Shown piece by piece: positions 1 through 11,400 of a DNA stretch of 64,000 nucleotides. Position 1 is the stretch's first letter. Every line of letters begins with the position of its first letter. The position numbers and the translations under genes are program-made. The stretch covers positions 2,232,001 through 2,296,000 of the forward strand of contig CM102283.1 of the NCBI GenBank assembly GCA_046563655.1, read 5' to 3'. Source of the DNA: Yuukianura sp. NJ FZ-2021. Lineage: Eukaryota. The notes under the pieces are model-generated. The model saw only the letters and a program-made list of their open reading frames with translations, was not told the origin of the DNA and did no database searches.

Positions 1-529
1 TTAACTCTGAGTTTATAGCCTTTTTAAGTATTCTTTCCAACTTTTTCTTTGTGTCACAAATATCTTTGTTCATTTTGAAACTAGTGAAGCATGTAGTAGG
101 TTCGGCATAGTAATGTGAAACCGGAAATCAATAATCTGCATTTACTTGTGTAAGATACAAGGTCAAATGTCACTTTCTAAGTGAACTTATAACCACCCTA
201 CTAAAAAGCCACTTTTGGTTTACATAACTTTTATATATAACTTTTTATCACTTTTCAAAGTAACGTTATCTATTTACTTTTCTGAAGTAAGCTTCGATGC
301 GGGCTATTGTTAGTTTAACTTAGTTGGTGATTTGATCCCCCTTGTTCTGCTTCGGTTTCAAAATTTCAGTATAAAAAAAACTGAAAAAAACTTACGTGTT
401 GAAGTGAGAGTTGACACGGTGATGGTTGGAGCAAAAACATTTTGAAACCCGGCAATTTTTAAAACAGAAACGTTTGGTGGAACTGATCAACGTTTGAAAT
501 TCGTCAATTGAAGTTGAAATTTATCGAAA

Positions 530-1591
530 ATGTCCTTCAATCGTCCTGTTCGCAGACCGCTGCCGGTTGTGCTAATTTGCCTATCAGTGATTGTGACAAC
601 GTTCTTTCTGTTCAACGTTCAAAATTTTACACCACCCAATGTTCCCGCCTTTGTATCCAACTTCAAAATCCCGTTCATTCAAACATCATCGGCAAATTCC
701 ACTCAATTCGGAACCGGCCCAGGCGCTGACTTAAAACTCGCTTGGATTCTGCACTTCAACTACGAACCGCATCCAGAAGTGGTCAAAATCCTGCTCCACT
801 TTTACGCCAAACACTTTGTATTTATAGCCATCGTGTGTCCGACGGGGCGAAGTGAGAAACTGCTTCACGTCGATACGTCAACAGTTGACGCCGAAGTGGT
901 TTGGGCTCCTGCGTGTCCAAACTACTTGCGCAACGCAGTGGCAGGACTCATGATGATTTGCTACTCAAAGGGGCTGCAGTTGCTCCAAGCCAGTTCAAAG
1001 GTCAACCAGGTCAACTTTGTCGTTTTGTCCAACGATGACGTTGTGCTCAACATGACCAAAGTGAGGGAGTTTGCGTATGAAGGACATCCAGTCTCACACA
1101 CGTCCCGACCAAAAAAGAAACCGCCAATGTTCGAACCGCCAAAACCCAACGAAACTTATTTTGAAGGCTGGTCATGGGCTAGTTGGTGGCCGGAGTGTCA
1201 AAAACTGTTTACAAAAGTGCCGCAGGAGTTCAAAAACAGATATTTGCACCGATACGGAGACAGAGCAATGAAGGGAGCCGTGGACGTATTCCTTTTGCCG
1301 CTCAAGTCTGTTCCGGAATTCCTGTTCCTAACAAGTATCGTGGGAGAGTGCTGGATCGAAATGAACATTGTAAATGCTTTGGCGATGCTCACTGAAGCTC
1401 CAACATTGTACTCGTACGACACGGAGATGCTGATGTACCATTGGCCACGTTACGGTGCCGTCGTTACACCGGAGGAATTTGAAAAAGCAATTGAAGGAAA
1501 GACAATCATGTCGTTTCATCCGTTCAAACTGAGTTTTCCTAAGCACAGAGCAGCCTTTATAGAGTTCATGACCAAGTACAAACTAAACTAA
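530..1591 (+). CDS. STELLO/DUF288-like putative glycosyltransferase, type II membrane, copy 1 (intronless)
   Basis: 353-aa ORF with basic N-tail and one TM helix. Motifs WILHFN..HFYAKHF, LSNDDVVLN, GAVDVFLLP, IEMNI and FHPFKLS resemble the recalled C-terminal domain of STELLO/DUF288 proteins (..DD..LN, D.YY.P, EIA.P, HP.K.S). Confidence 0.75.
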   Translation: MSFNRPVRRPLPVVLICLSVIVTTFFLFNVQNFTPPNVPAFVSNFKIPFIQTSSANSTQFGTGPGADLKLAWILHFNYEPHPEVVKILLHFYAKHFVFIAIVCPTGRSEKLLHVDTSTVDAEVVWAPACPNYLRNAVAGLMMICYSKGLQLLQASSKVNQVNFVVLSNDDVVLNMTKVREFAYEGHPVSHTSRPKKKPPMFEPPKPNETYFEGWSWASWWPECQKLFTKVPQEFKNRYLHRYGDRAMKGAVDVFLLPLKSVPEFLFLTSIVGECWIEMNIVNALAMLTEAPTLYSYDTEMLMYHWPRYGAVVTPEEFEKAIEGKTIMSFHPFKLSFPKHRAAFIEFMTKYKLN

Positions 1592-2164
1592 CATTCAATT
1601 TAATCTCACTCAACTATTTAGTTTTTGAATAACCATTTCAACGCCCACATTTTGTGGGTGTAATGAATTAACACGACAACAAAACCTTCAATTTAGGCTT
1701 AACTGTGATGTTAGTTGGATTTAATCAAGTTTAATTAATCATTGATTTTAGTATGTAATAACTAATATAATTAACTAATTTTCATTTATTTAAATTTTTG
1801 ATAACTTTTCTTCCCTGGCATTGGTGAGCTGTTTTTACCGTAAAAAATTTTCTTAATTTTTTTTTTGTTATAAATTTGTCTTGTCGTATTGTTGGTATTT
1901 GGCAAAACTAAAATATAATTAATAATTTGCATACTAAAAAATAAAGTAAGTAAAGTTGGTGATTTGATTCCCCTTGTTCTGCTTCAGTTTCAAAATTTCA
2001 GTATAAAAAAAAAACTGAAAAAAACTTACAAGTTAAAGTGAGAGTTGACGCGGTAACGGTTGGAGCAAAAATAAATTTGAAACCCGGCAATTTCTAAAAC
2101 AAAAACGTTTGGTGGAACTGATCAACGTTTGAAACTCGTCAATTGAACTTGAAATTTAGCAAAA

Positions 2165-3199
2165 ATGAAAATGTCGCTAAACCGTCCTGTTCGCAAACCG
2201 CTTCCGGTTGTGCTAATTTGCCTATCAGTGATTGTGACAGCGTTCTTTCTGTTCAACGTTCAAAATTTTACACCGCCCAATGTTCCCGCCTTTGTATCCA
2301 ACTTCAGAATCCCGTTCGTCGCCCAAACATCAAGTGCTGACTTAAAACTCGCTTGGATTCTGCACTTCAACTACGAACCGCACCCAGAAGTCGTCAAAAT
2401 CCTGCTCCACTTTTACGCCAAACACTTTGTGTTTATAGCCATCGTGTGTCCGACGGGGCGAAGTGAGAAACTGCTTCACGTCGATACGTCAACAGTTGAC
2501 GCCGAAGTGGTTTGGGCTCCTCCGTGTCCAAACTACTTGCGCAACGCAGTGGCAGGACTCATGATGATTTGCTACTCAAAGGGGCTGCAGTTGCTCCAAG
2601 CCAGTTCAAAGGTCAACCAGGTCAACTTTGTCGTTTTGTCCAACGATGACGTTGTGCTCAACATGACCAAAGTGAGGGAGTTTGCGTATGAAGGACATCC
2701 AGTGTCACACACGTCACGACCAAAAAAGAAACCGCCAATGTTCGAACCGCCAAAACCCAACGAAACTTATTTTGAAGGCTGGTCATGGGCTAGTTGGTGG
2801 CCAGAGTGTCAAAAACTTTTTGCAAAAGTGCCGCAGGAATTCAAAAACAGATATTTACAACGATACGGAGACAGAGCAATGAAGGGAGCCGTGGACGTGT
2901 TTCTTTTGCCGCTCAAATCCGTTCCAGAATTCCTGTTCCTGACAAGTATCGTCGGAGAGTGCTGGATCGAAATGAACATTGTAAATGCTTTGGCGATGCT
3001 CACGGAACCTCCAACATTGTACTCGTACGACACGGAGATGCTGATGTACCATTGGCCAGCTTACCATGCCATTACGCCGGAGGAATTTGAAAAAGCAATT
3101 AACGGGAAGACAATCATGTCGTTTCATCCGTTCAAGCTGAGTTATCCTAAGCACAGAGCAGCCTTTATAGAGTTCATGACCAAGTACAAACTAAACTAA
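2165..3199 (+). CDS. STELLO/DUF288-like putative glycosyltransferase, copy 2
   Basis: 344-aa ORF nearly identical to copy 1, with an ~10-aa shorter stem. The ATG homologous to copy 1 is at 2171. Confidence 0.75.
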   Translation: MKMSLNRPVRKPLPVVLICLSVIVTAFFLFNVQNFTPPNVPAFVSNFRIPFVAQTSSADLKLAWILHFNYEPHPEVVKILLHFYAKHFVFIAIVCPTGRSEKLLHVDTSTVDAEVVWAPPCPNYLRNAVAGLMMICYSKGLQLLQASSKVNQVNFVVLSNDDVVLNMTKVREFAYEGHPVSHTSRPKKKPPMFEPPKPNETYFEGWSWASWWPECQKLFAKVPQEFKNRYLQRYGDRAMKGAVDVFLLPLKSVPEFLFLTSIVGECWIEMNIVNALAMLTEPPTLYSYDTEMLMYHWPAYHAITPEEFEKAINGKTIMSFHPFKLSYPKHRAAFIEFMTKYKLN

Positions 3200-4517
3200 C
3201 ATTCAATTTAATCTCACTCAACTATTTAGTTTTTGAATAACCATTTCAACCCACATTTTGTAGGTGTAACGAATTAACACGACAACAAAACCTTCAATTT
3301 AGGCTTAACTGTGATGTTAGTTGGATTTAATCAAGTTTAATTAATCATTGATTTTAGTATGTAATAACTAGTATAATTAAGTAATTTTAATTGATTTAAA
3401 TTTTTGATAACTTTTCTTCCCTTGCATTGGTGAGCTATTTTGTTTTACCGTAAAAAATTTTCCTTTTTTTGTTCTTGTCTAATTGTTGGTATTTGACAAA
3501 ACTAAAATATTATTAATAATTTGCATAATAAAAAATAAAATAAGTAAACTAAATTGTCATCATGATTATTACTTAATTAGTTTAAATTTATTTTAACATT
3601 TAATACAATGCAGTACGGCTGTGGGAAAAGTTAAGTATGAAGAAAAATTAGGCAGAGAAGGTTTAAACCTTGAGAGATTAATCAATAATTTCCGAAATTT
3701 AAGGATTTCAAAAAAGTTCCAAAAATTTTAATAAATTTTTTAGAATTTTCAAGAGAAAACTTCCAAAATCTTTCAAAATAGGCCAGCGTGGGTGAAAGCA
3801 TAGTCACTTTTTGGGCTTTCTCCCGGAAATTTTCGGCTGTCTTCGGCCCCTCCTTTTCACTTACAAGCGGCATACAAGCAATCCAAAAATTCTTTCAAAA
3901 AACAAAACAAAACCGAACGGGAGGTTTTTCTAAAAAATTTTTTAAACTTAACTACCGGAAGATATAGTTTTATATATTGCAGACTAAACTTTAAACCGGC
4001 AGGTTATAGTGTAGACAAGTCGCCCTTAAACATAAACTGAATTTCAAATAATAACATTTTTTGTACTTTTACAACAAATTTTGAAATGTTACATTTCAAT
4101 TTTAAGATCTGTGCTATGTTCCACGTATGGACTCACTACGCGATAATGTTAATCTGTGTCTATTCGTGTTATTTTCAAGGTCAACTGACAATTCCTCATA
4201 ACCCAGCACGTTATCACAAGCAAACAAATTGAGTTTACATTTTGCTTCAGATTGACTTTTTAAGTGGAACCGTGCCTAACAAAACAACCATGAAATAGCT
4301 ACGAGTTCAAAACAGTTTTGGTAATAGGATAGTCTTATTATAGTTCAGTTCAGTTCTAAAATTTAAGTGAAAACAAGCCAACTTTAAATACATAGTGAAA
4401 CATGAACTGGTGGAAGTAATCCGGTTGCTGGAATCGATCACACGACCAATAAAGTCAAACGGAAAACGTTTCAACCAAAACACAAAACGTTTCAAACAAA
4501 AAGCAAAACGTTTCAAA

Positions 4518-5570
4518 ATGGTCCGTCCAATCCGTCGATATCTACCGATTTTGGTGATTTTTTCTCTAATGTTTCTTGTCACGCTAGTGCTTTACTCTAA
4601 AATTGCATTCAAACAAAACGTTCCCACCTTTGAAACGTCCAATATCAAAATCCCGTTTGTTGATTGGTCGAACGACACGACGCTCCGCCCCGGCACCGGT
4701 AACGACGTCAAACTCGCTTGGATTCTGCACTTCAACTACGAACCACACCCAGAAGTCGTCAAGATCCTGCTCCACTTTTACGCCAAACACTTTGTGTTTA
4801 TAGCCATCGTGTGTCCGACGGGGCGAAGTGAGAAACTGCTTCACGTCGATACGTCAACAGTTGACGCCGAAGTGGTTTGGGCTCCTCCGTGTCCAAACTA
4901 CTTGCGCAACGCAGTGGCAGGACTCATGATGATTTGCTACTCAAAGGGGCTGCAGTTGCTCCAAGCCAGTTCAAAGGTCAACCAGGTCAACTTTGTCGTT
5001 TTGTCCAACGATGACGTTGTGCTCAACATGACCAAAGTGAGGGAGTTTGCGCACGATGGACGTCCAGTGTCACATATCTCGCCGTCTCTCGATGCCCCAC
5101 CAATGTTCGAGCCACCGGAGGGTGGCAAGGGAACTTATTTCGGTGGGTGGACATGGGGATCATGGTGGCCCGAATGTCAAACCCTGTTTTCTAAAGTGCC
5201 GCTGGAGTACAAAGTCCGTTTTTTGAAAAGGTTTGGAGACAAAGCATTTAAAGGTGGAGTGGACGTGTTCTTTTTGCCGATCGAATCTGTTCCGGAATTC
5301 ATTTTTCTTACGAGTATTGTCGGAGAGTGCTGGATTGAAATGAATATTCCGAATGCTTTGGCAATGCTGTCCGAACCAATCAGATTTTTTTCGTCTAAAC
5401 TTCAAATACTTGCTTATAGGTGGGATGACCTTGGGGTTATAGTGACCCCGGAGGAACTGGAAGCCTTGTTAATGGAACACTCAATTCTGTCTTTTCATCC
5501 TTTCAAATTGAGTTATCCAAAACACAGATCTGCTTTTACAGAGTTCATGTACAAGTACAAATTGAATTAA
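4518..5570 (+). CDS. STELLO/DUF288-like putative glycosyltransferase, copy 3
   Basis: First ATG at 4518 (MVRPIRRYLPILVIF), TM helix, same core as copies 1/2, divergent C-half ending KYKLN. Confidence 0.75.
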   Translation: MVRPIRRYLPILVIFSLMFLVTLVLYSKIAFKQNVPTFETSNIKIPFVDWSNDTTLRPGTGNDVKLAWILHFNYEPHPEVVKILLHFYAKHFVFIAIVCPTGRSEKLLHVDTSTVDAEVVWAPPCPNYLRNAVAGLMMICYSKGLQLLQASSKVNQVNFVVLSNDDVVLNMTKVREFAHDGRPVSHISPSLDAPPMFEPPEGGKGTYFGGWTWGSWWPECQTLFSKVPLEYKVRFLKRFGDKAFKGGVDVFFLPIESVPEFIFLTSIVGECWIEMNIPNALAMLSEPIRFFSSKLQILAYRWDDLGVIVTPEELEALLMEHSILSFHPFKLSYPKHRSAFTEFMYKYKLN

Positions 5571-6729
5571 CTTTGACCCTAGTTAAGTAACTGTGATAAC
5601 TTGAAAACCGGCAGTTAACCAACATTGTGAAGCATTTAATAACTTCCTCACCTTAATTTAATCTCAGTCAAAAAAATTTTGTAGACATAAGTAAATGTTA
5701 TGTTAAAAACGAAGAATACAAATTTAGCAACGAAAAAAATAGTCTAGGCCGATCATAAAAAGAACGAAAAAAGTCAAAGGCGACATACCGTCATTTTAGT
5801 TTAAGTTCAGCCAGCACACACTGTTTCGAATTTCGATCTCTTTGTTTAAAGTGTAGTCAACTGATGCATTGAAATCAGTTTAGTCAAAAAGTAACATTAG
5901 TATAACATTAGTTAACTTTAGTCAATGTTTAACTTAACTTTGTACCATTTTGGAAAGTTTCACATTAGAAAATTTATAATCTTTATCAAAATTCGCAATT
6001 GAGAATGAACAAATTAAAACTTAATTTAACTTAAATTGGAAGTCATTTTGCTAAAATTGTGTATTGAGGTGTTCCATTTTTGAAAATAGAAAAAAATTGG
6101 AACTTGTTTTGGCGTTACTGAATTTTGTGAGAAAATTTTGTGTTTGCGGAAACAAAATCTTCACAACAATTTTGTTTGGTCAAAAATTTAATTTTTCAGG
6201 TGAGTGGACTTCCTCACTGCGACCTCAACTAGTTCATCGGTTGGTTGATTGCGAATTTGTAGATGCTGTTTTTTTCTCAGCTTTTTTCTTTAAAATGGAG
6301 TGAATTTTCAAAAAGAGCGATTAAATGGATGAGTAGTCGGGTTTATGCAACTTATTCAATTTTTTTATTGGTTTCGTTTGAAATTTGAAAATAACCAAAA
6401 TCAATTCCAAAATTACCAAAATTGAATTCAAATTTGACATAAAAATTTCATTTAAGGCAATAAGAAAATTATAATCACTTTTCAACTAGGGAAAGTAATA
6501 ATTAACCTAAATGTTCAAACAACCGACGCGGAAATTTACAAATTACGACATTAATTGCTCAAAGTCAGAGAAAGTGAAGTGCAGTTAAAATAGAGTTGGA
6601 AGAGCAAAATTGAAGCTGACAGGAGCAGTGTTTTGTAAACCTAAGTGACAGTGACATGCGTAGTACAAAAAATTGGATTTCGGAATTTGGCGTTCAGCTT
6701 AAGAAATTTAGTAAATTTTTTTTCTTGTT

Positions 6730-7672
6730 ATGCATTTGTGCCTTCTGTTGTGTATAGTCGCTGGAGCAAATGCGTTTGCAAATTCAGAAAAAGTGAAAGT
6801 TAAATACCCTAATTTTCAAAATGAGCAAAAGATTAATCGAGCAGTTCAATTAACTCCGTACAAAACTGACATGAAACCTTTCAAATTTCAAAATTTCCGC
6901 AATTTTCGCAAAGATGACACCTTGGGGTCAGTGGCGCATCTAAATCCAAGGTATATAGTATATAATTTATATATATATAATTTGTAGTATAAATATAAAT
7001 AATTTAAAATGGGGCAATGTGAGACAAAAGTCCGCGAATGTTTTTTTTTTTTAATTTTTCCGTAGACGCCAACCGGAAATGGCAAGACAAGCACCAATAC
7101 AATCAATCAACCACATCGGAATTACTCGTCGTCGAGGTCAAGGTCAAGGTCACGCTCGGTTTCGGTTGAAAAGCAAAACATGGAATTTACCTCCGGGGAA
7201 TCACGAACCGTGTGACGGTTTGGAAAATTTTGTTCGTGACCTTGAAATTTTAAGTTTCGAATTGACGGTACTCGGATTCATGAAGTACGCAGCAGCTTGG
7301 ATTCTGCATGCTTTTAACCAAGCCTATGAAGCCATGAGTGTTTACGGTATCGATGGATTCGACCGAACTTTGATGCTGATGAACCGAATTCGACCCGGTA
7401 CCGTACCGAATCAAATTTCCCGCCGAACTGAATTCCTCAGTTTTCTAAACCATTTAGTCACAACCTTCATTTCACATCCACTCGGCAATATCATTTTACT
7501 TTTGGACACGCAAGCACAAATTCTAGCATTCGTCAGTCTCGTACTTGATATTTTTACAATTTTTCATGAAATTTTGGCTAAAATGATTGACAAAGTTACT
7601 GGAATGGATTTGAAAGAAATTTTTGAAGGTTATGCTTGTAAAAATCCGTTTTTGAAAAACAAGCTTGCATAA
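6730..7672 (+). CDS. Two-exon putative secreted protein of unknown function (~275 aa)
   Basis: Signal peptide MHLCLLLCIVAGANA. Exon 6730-6950, GT-AG intron 6951-7065, exon 7066-7672 joins in frame with the 197-aa ORF; aataaa follows the stop. Confidence 0.7.
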
Positions 7673-7808
7673 ATAAAAACTCAAAACAAATTTTCTAATT
7701 TTTTTAAACTCAACCTAAACAGTGTGTTTCCTTTTTTTTTTGCTGGAATTGATAAAAAGCTTCTCGAAAGTTAGGTTTCTGAAATCAGTGTTCAGCAGAC
7801 GCTGGAAG

Positions 7809-8804
7809 ATGACACGACGCTGGCAGCGATTGGAAGTTTGGACAATAATTTTAGTTACACTTGGAGTAATTTTGATACTGTTGAAAGTTTTTACGTCAAC
7901 TTCGCACGGAAATTTGCACACCGGAAAAAACGTTAAGAACATCACACTCGCTTGGATTCTGCACTTCAACTACGAACCGCACCCAGAAGTCGTCAAAATC
8001 CTGCTCCACTTTTACGCCAAACACTTTGTGTTTATAGCCATCGTGTGTCCGACGGGGCGAAGTGAGAAACTGCTTCACGTCGATACGTCAACAGTTGACG
8101 CCGAAGTGGTTTGGGCTCCTCCGTGTCCAAACTACTTGCGCAACGCAGTGGCAGGACTCATGATGATTTGCTACTCAAAGGGGCTGGAGTTGCTCCAAGC
8201 CAGTTCAAAGGTCAACCAGGTCAACTTTGTCCTTTTGTCCAACGATGACGTTGTGCTCAACATGACCAAAGTGAGAGAGTTTGCGCTTGACGGACGTCCA
8301 GTGTCACATGTCAGTCCGGCACAAGATAGTCCGAACATGTTTGACCAAGAACAGCCGAAAAAGAAGTATTTTAAAGGATGGAAGTACGCCTCCTGGTGGC
8401 CAGAGTGCAAACAACTTTTTTCAAAAGTTCCCGCCGTGTATCAAAGAAGATTTAAAAAACGGTTTGGAAACAGAGCGATGAAGGGTGGAGTCGACGTGTT
8501 CTTTTTGCCGTCCAAAAGTGTTCCTGAATTTATATTTTTGGCAAAAATTGTTTCGGGATGTTGGATTGAAATGGCTATTCCAAATGCTCTGGGAATGTTG
8601 TCAGTACCGGTGAAATTTCACACTTCTGTTAATGGATTGTTTGTGTATCGCTGGCAAAAACGCGGGAAAATTGTAAGCCCGGGAAAATTTGAACGCGAAT
8701 TGAACAGTAGTACGCCTATGGTGGCTTTTCATCCGTTTAAACTAAGTTTTCCTGAACACAGAACGGCTTTGAGCCAATTTATACCAAAGTATTACCTAAA
8801 CTAA
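7809..8804 (+). CDS. STELLO/DUF288-like putative glycosyltransferase, copy 4
   Basis: ATG at 7809 (MTRRWQRLEVWTIILVTLGVILILL), same core, most divergent termini, ends FHPFKLSFPEHR..KYYLN. Confidence 0.75.
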   Translation: MTRRWQRLEVWTIILVTLGVILILLKVFTSTSHGNLHTGKNVKNITLAWILHFNYEPHPEVVKILLHFYAKHFVFIAIVCPTGRSEKLLHVDTSTVDAEVVWAPPCPNYLRNAVAGLMMICYSKGLELLQASSKVNQVNFVLLSNDDVVLNMTKVREFALDGRPVSHVSPAQDSPNMFDQEQPKKKYFKGWKYASWWPECKQLFSKVPAVYQRRFKKRFGNRAMKGGVDVFFLPSKSVPEFIFLAKIVSGCWIEMAIPNALGMLSVPVKFHTSVNGLFVYRWQKRGKIVSPGKFERELNSSTPMVAFHPFKLSFPEHRTALSQFIPKYYLN

Positions 8805-8939
8805 AAGTTTAACTTTTAATTGTCCACTGTTAACTTCACTTTAACCTAGCATAAGTTTTTCGTAGCCTACGTTGTTTGCGTAACGTTTTAACTTTTGGTT
8901 TTGGCTGTTTTTTAAATTTCGAAATTTTTGAAAATGAAA

Positions 8940-10578
8940 TTAAAATTCGTTTTCAGCTTCCAACGACGCTGGATTTTTTGCCATGACACGCGCCAAACGC
9001 CCGTCAATGTAATTTTCCAAGTCTTCAATTCTAGTTTGTTGTAGCTGCACAATTCTGCGTAATTGTGATACCATTTCCACAAGGCTCTAAAAATTTTGGA
9101 AAAAATTTTACGAAAAATTTTGAATACTAGAGGAAAAGAGAAATTTTTTACGAAATCTCAGGAACGGAAAGTTCGAAATCTTTACCATTTTGGTTTCGCC
9201 GCGGAATTCAAACGGCATTACTCCTTCCTCTGTGTGATTATTTGAAGGCGAGGCGGGAGCAGTGTTTCGACGTTGATGGGTTTCAGGATTTCGTGGAGCT
9301 GTAATTACGAAATTAAAAATTTTGAAAAATTTTGAAAATTTTGAATCCAAACAAAATAAAATTTTGAAAGTTTGTACTATGAACTGGACGTTTAATATCT
9401 TTTTGGACAATGTCATCATCTTCATCGCTGGATTCCTCTGAGGTTGACAGTGGGCGCGACACTACTTTTTGTGTAATGTAAACCCCGTCATTGGTTTTTT
9501 GAATTTCTCGGTGGGTGTTGATCTTCCCGCGTGCAGATTGTACTCGAACGAGTGGTGGTTTATTATGTGGAACTGACGAGAAAGTGTTCTGCACATGCGT
9601 GGGGTACTTGATTTCATTGTCATTTGAATCCAGCCTTCTGATTGGCTTGCGATTAGAATCCAGTGTTTTGATTGGTTCCAGTCCAGCGTCGTCTGCTTTG
9701 GTACACTGAGCTCGCTTTTCTGTCAGAAGCGCCTGTGCAATGCTCCTTATGCTCATGGTTCTCTTGGGTTTTCGGTTATGTTCGGCTTCTATCAGTTCCC
9801 GGGCAACAAATTTCATACTTTTACGCCTATCATTCATTTGTATCTGCGCCGAAGCAGGTTCTTGCGCAAACGTTTCTTTGAAATAGATGTTTTTGAAGAC
9901 TATGGACACAGTGAGTTCTCCAGTGACTAAGGTTCCATATTTTTCTACTTTCGGCTGGAGGTCATAGGTCATCAACTTTGGATTTGGAGTGGGCTGGAAG
10001 TCTTTGAGGTGGATGGCCACAGTGCCAAGACACTCGTCACCTAGGAGACGACGGTGGTACACTGTCAAGTTGATGATGGCACGGTTTCCCTGTCGTGGAA
10101 TCTCTCTGGCGGGAAAATTTTCAAAATTCAAAAGTTTGTGAATTTAGAATTGACTCTTGAACTTGGTACGACGCATGGGCCAAACGGTGCTTTTAACTTT
10201 AAATGGACACCCAATATTTTAAAGTACTTTGCACATGCGCAAAAACTTACATTAAAAACGTTTCATTGACCCACACAAACGGATTAACTCCTCGTTGAAG
10301 CACTGACGTTTGGAATTTTTCTTTCCCGCAAGTTACTGCAACGTAGGCGTCATTTGTTTCTAAAAAAACGAAGTGGGAAATTTAAAAAGTTTTTAAAAAA
10401 GTTACATAAACTTTTTTCAAAATATTATGTATACGAGTTACCGTATCTTCCGCGTAGAAGCAAACCTCGTGCTTCCAGAACTGGCAATAAAAAAATTGTT
10501 TAGACTTTTTTCTAGAGTGGAAGTAAAATTAAAGTTTTGAATTTTACTTGTTAATTCCACATGTGTTGGATTCTGCAT
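8940..10578 (-). CDS. Class I Rab11 family-interacting protein (C2 domain + FIP-RBD), Rip11-like, ~388 aa
   Basis: Exons 10578-10548, 10480-10442, 10359-10251, 10105-9378, 9298-9186, 9086-8940 splice in frame. N-term MQNPTHVELTILEARGL..TNDAYVAVTCGKEKFQTSV..EIPRQGNRA (C2); C-term IEDLENYIDGRLARVMAKNP (RBD). Confidence 0.88.
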
Positions 10579-10884
10579 TCTGAAAAACTGGGCTTTCCAA
10601 CTTTCCTTTGAATAAGCACAACATAAAACACGTGCAAAAATTTTCTAAAATTTTAGACTTTTAAAACAGTTTTGGAATAGTTATTTGGAATTTTTAGAAT
10701 TCGAAACGCAAACCTCACTTTCCGTGAAGGACAAATTATTCTGAACTGAAAATTGTCCATAATTTGAAATTTTTTCAAAATTTCCCCTTGATTTCGGCAA
10801 TGATGCTAATTACGGGGTGTCATAAAAACTTCATCTAAATTGCATCTTTTACAGCGTTTAGCTTCTCGAACTGTCATAAACTAA

Positions 10885-11072
10885 ACTGTATTTCAAGTCA
10901 GCATCATAATTTCTGTGTTAAGTTGGATACAAATGCTAATTTTTATTTAAAAGTTTAAAAATTCCAAATCTAATAAAAGTTTTTATCTCATTTATTAACA
11001 TCGCGTTAATTCCATTCGGCTTATTTTCAATTTCAAAATCCAAACGTAAATCCTGAAATTTTCTATTCCAAA
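10885..11072 (+). repeat. ~190-bp dispersed direct repeat, copy A
   Basis: actgtatttcaa..ttctgtgttaa.ttggata..aaatgctaatttttattt..gaaattttctattccaaa recurs at 14009-14212. Confidence 0.85.
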
Positions 11073-11359
11073 CAAGGTAGGACTATGCTCAAGGGTTGAG
11101 CATAGGTCTTCTGGAGGAGTAGACAATGGATACGACCAAACGAGAGAAACCGTTTTCTCGAGATTCATACAGCAAAACGTCGCTCAAAATTTTCAGTGCG
11201 GATATAGGGCCTTTTCGTAATGATAATGAACTAATGAACCGTAAACATAATGAACCGTTTGAAAACGTTTTTAACAAAAAGTTAAAAAAAAAACGCTTCC
11301 ATCAAAATGTACAGATTGAGCTCTGAACAGTTTTCACTCTCTTCAAATTTATGTTGATG

Positions 11360-11365
11360 CATAAT

Positions 11366-11400
<35 letters not shown>

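Larger units (their letters stand above)
322..3548 (+). repeat. Recent tandem duplication, ~1.6-kb unit x2 (322-1953 and 1954-3548)
   Basis: Both units begin agttggtgatttgat.ccccttg and end aaaaataaa.taagtaaa; upstream, CDS and 3' flank all align at high identity. Confidence 0.92.

Noticed and set aside
385-400. Minus-strand splice donor (gtaagttttt) suggesting a divergent gene leaving the window
   Set aside because: A single motif with no supporting exon or ORF within the window.
4395-4517. N-terminal extension of copy 3 from GTG (likewise 7722-7808 for copy 4)
   Set aside because: Non-ATG starts; the first ATGs at 4518 and 7809 match the paralogs' architecture.
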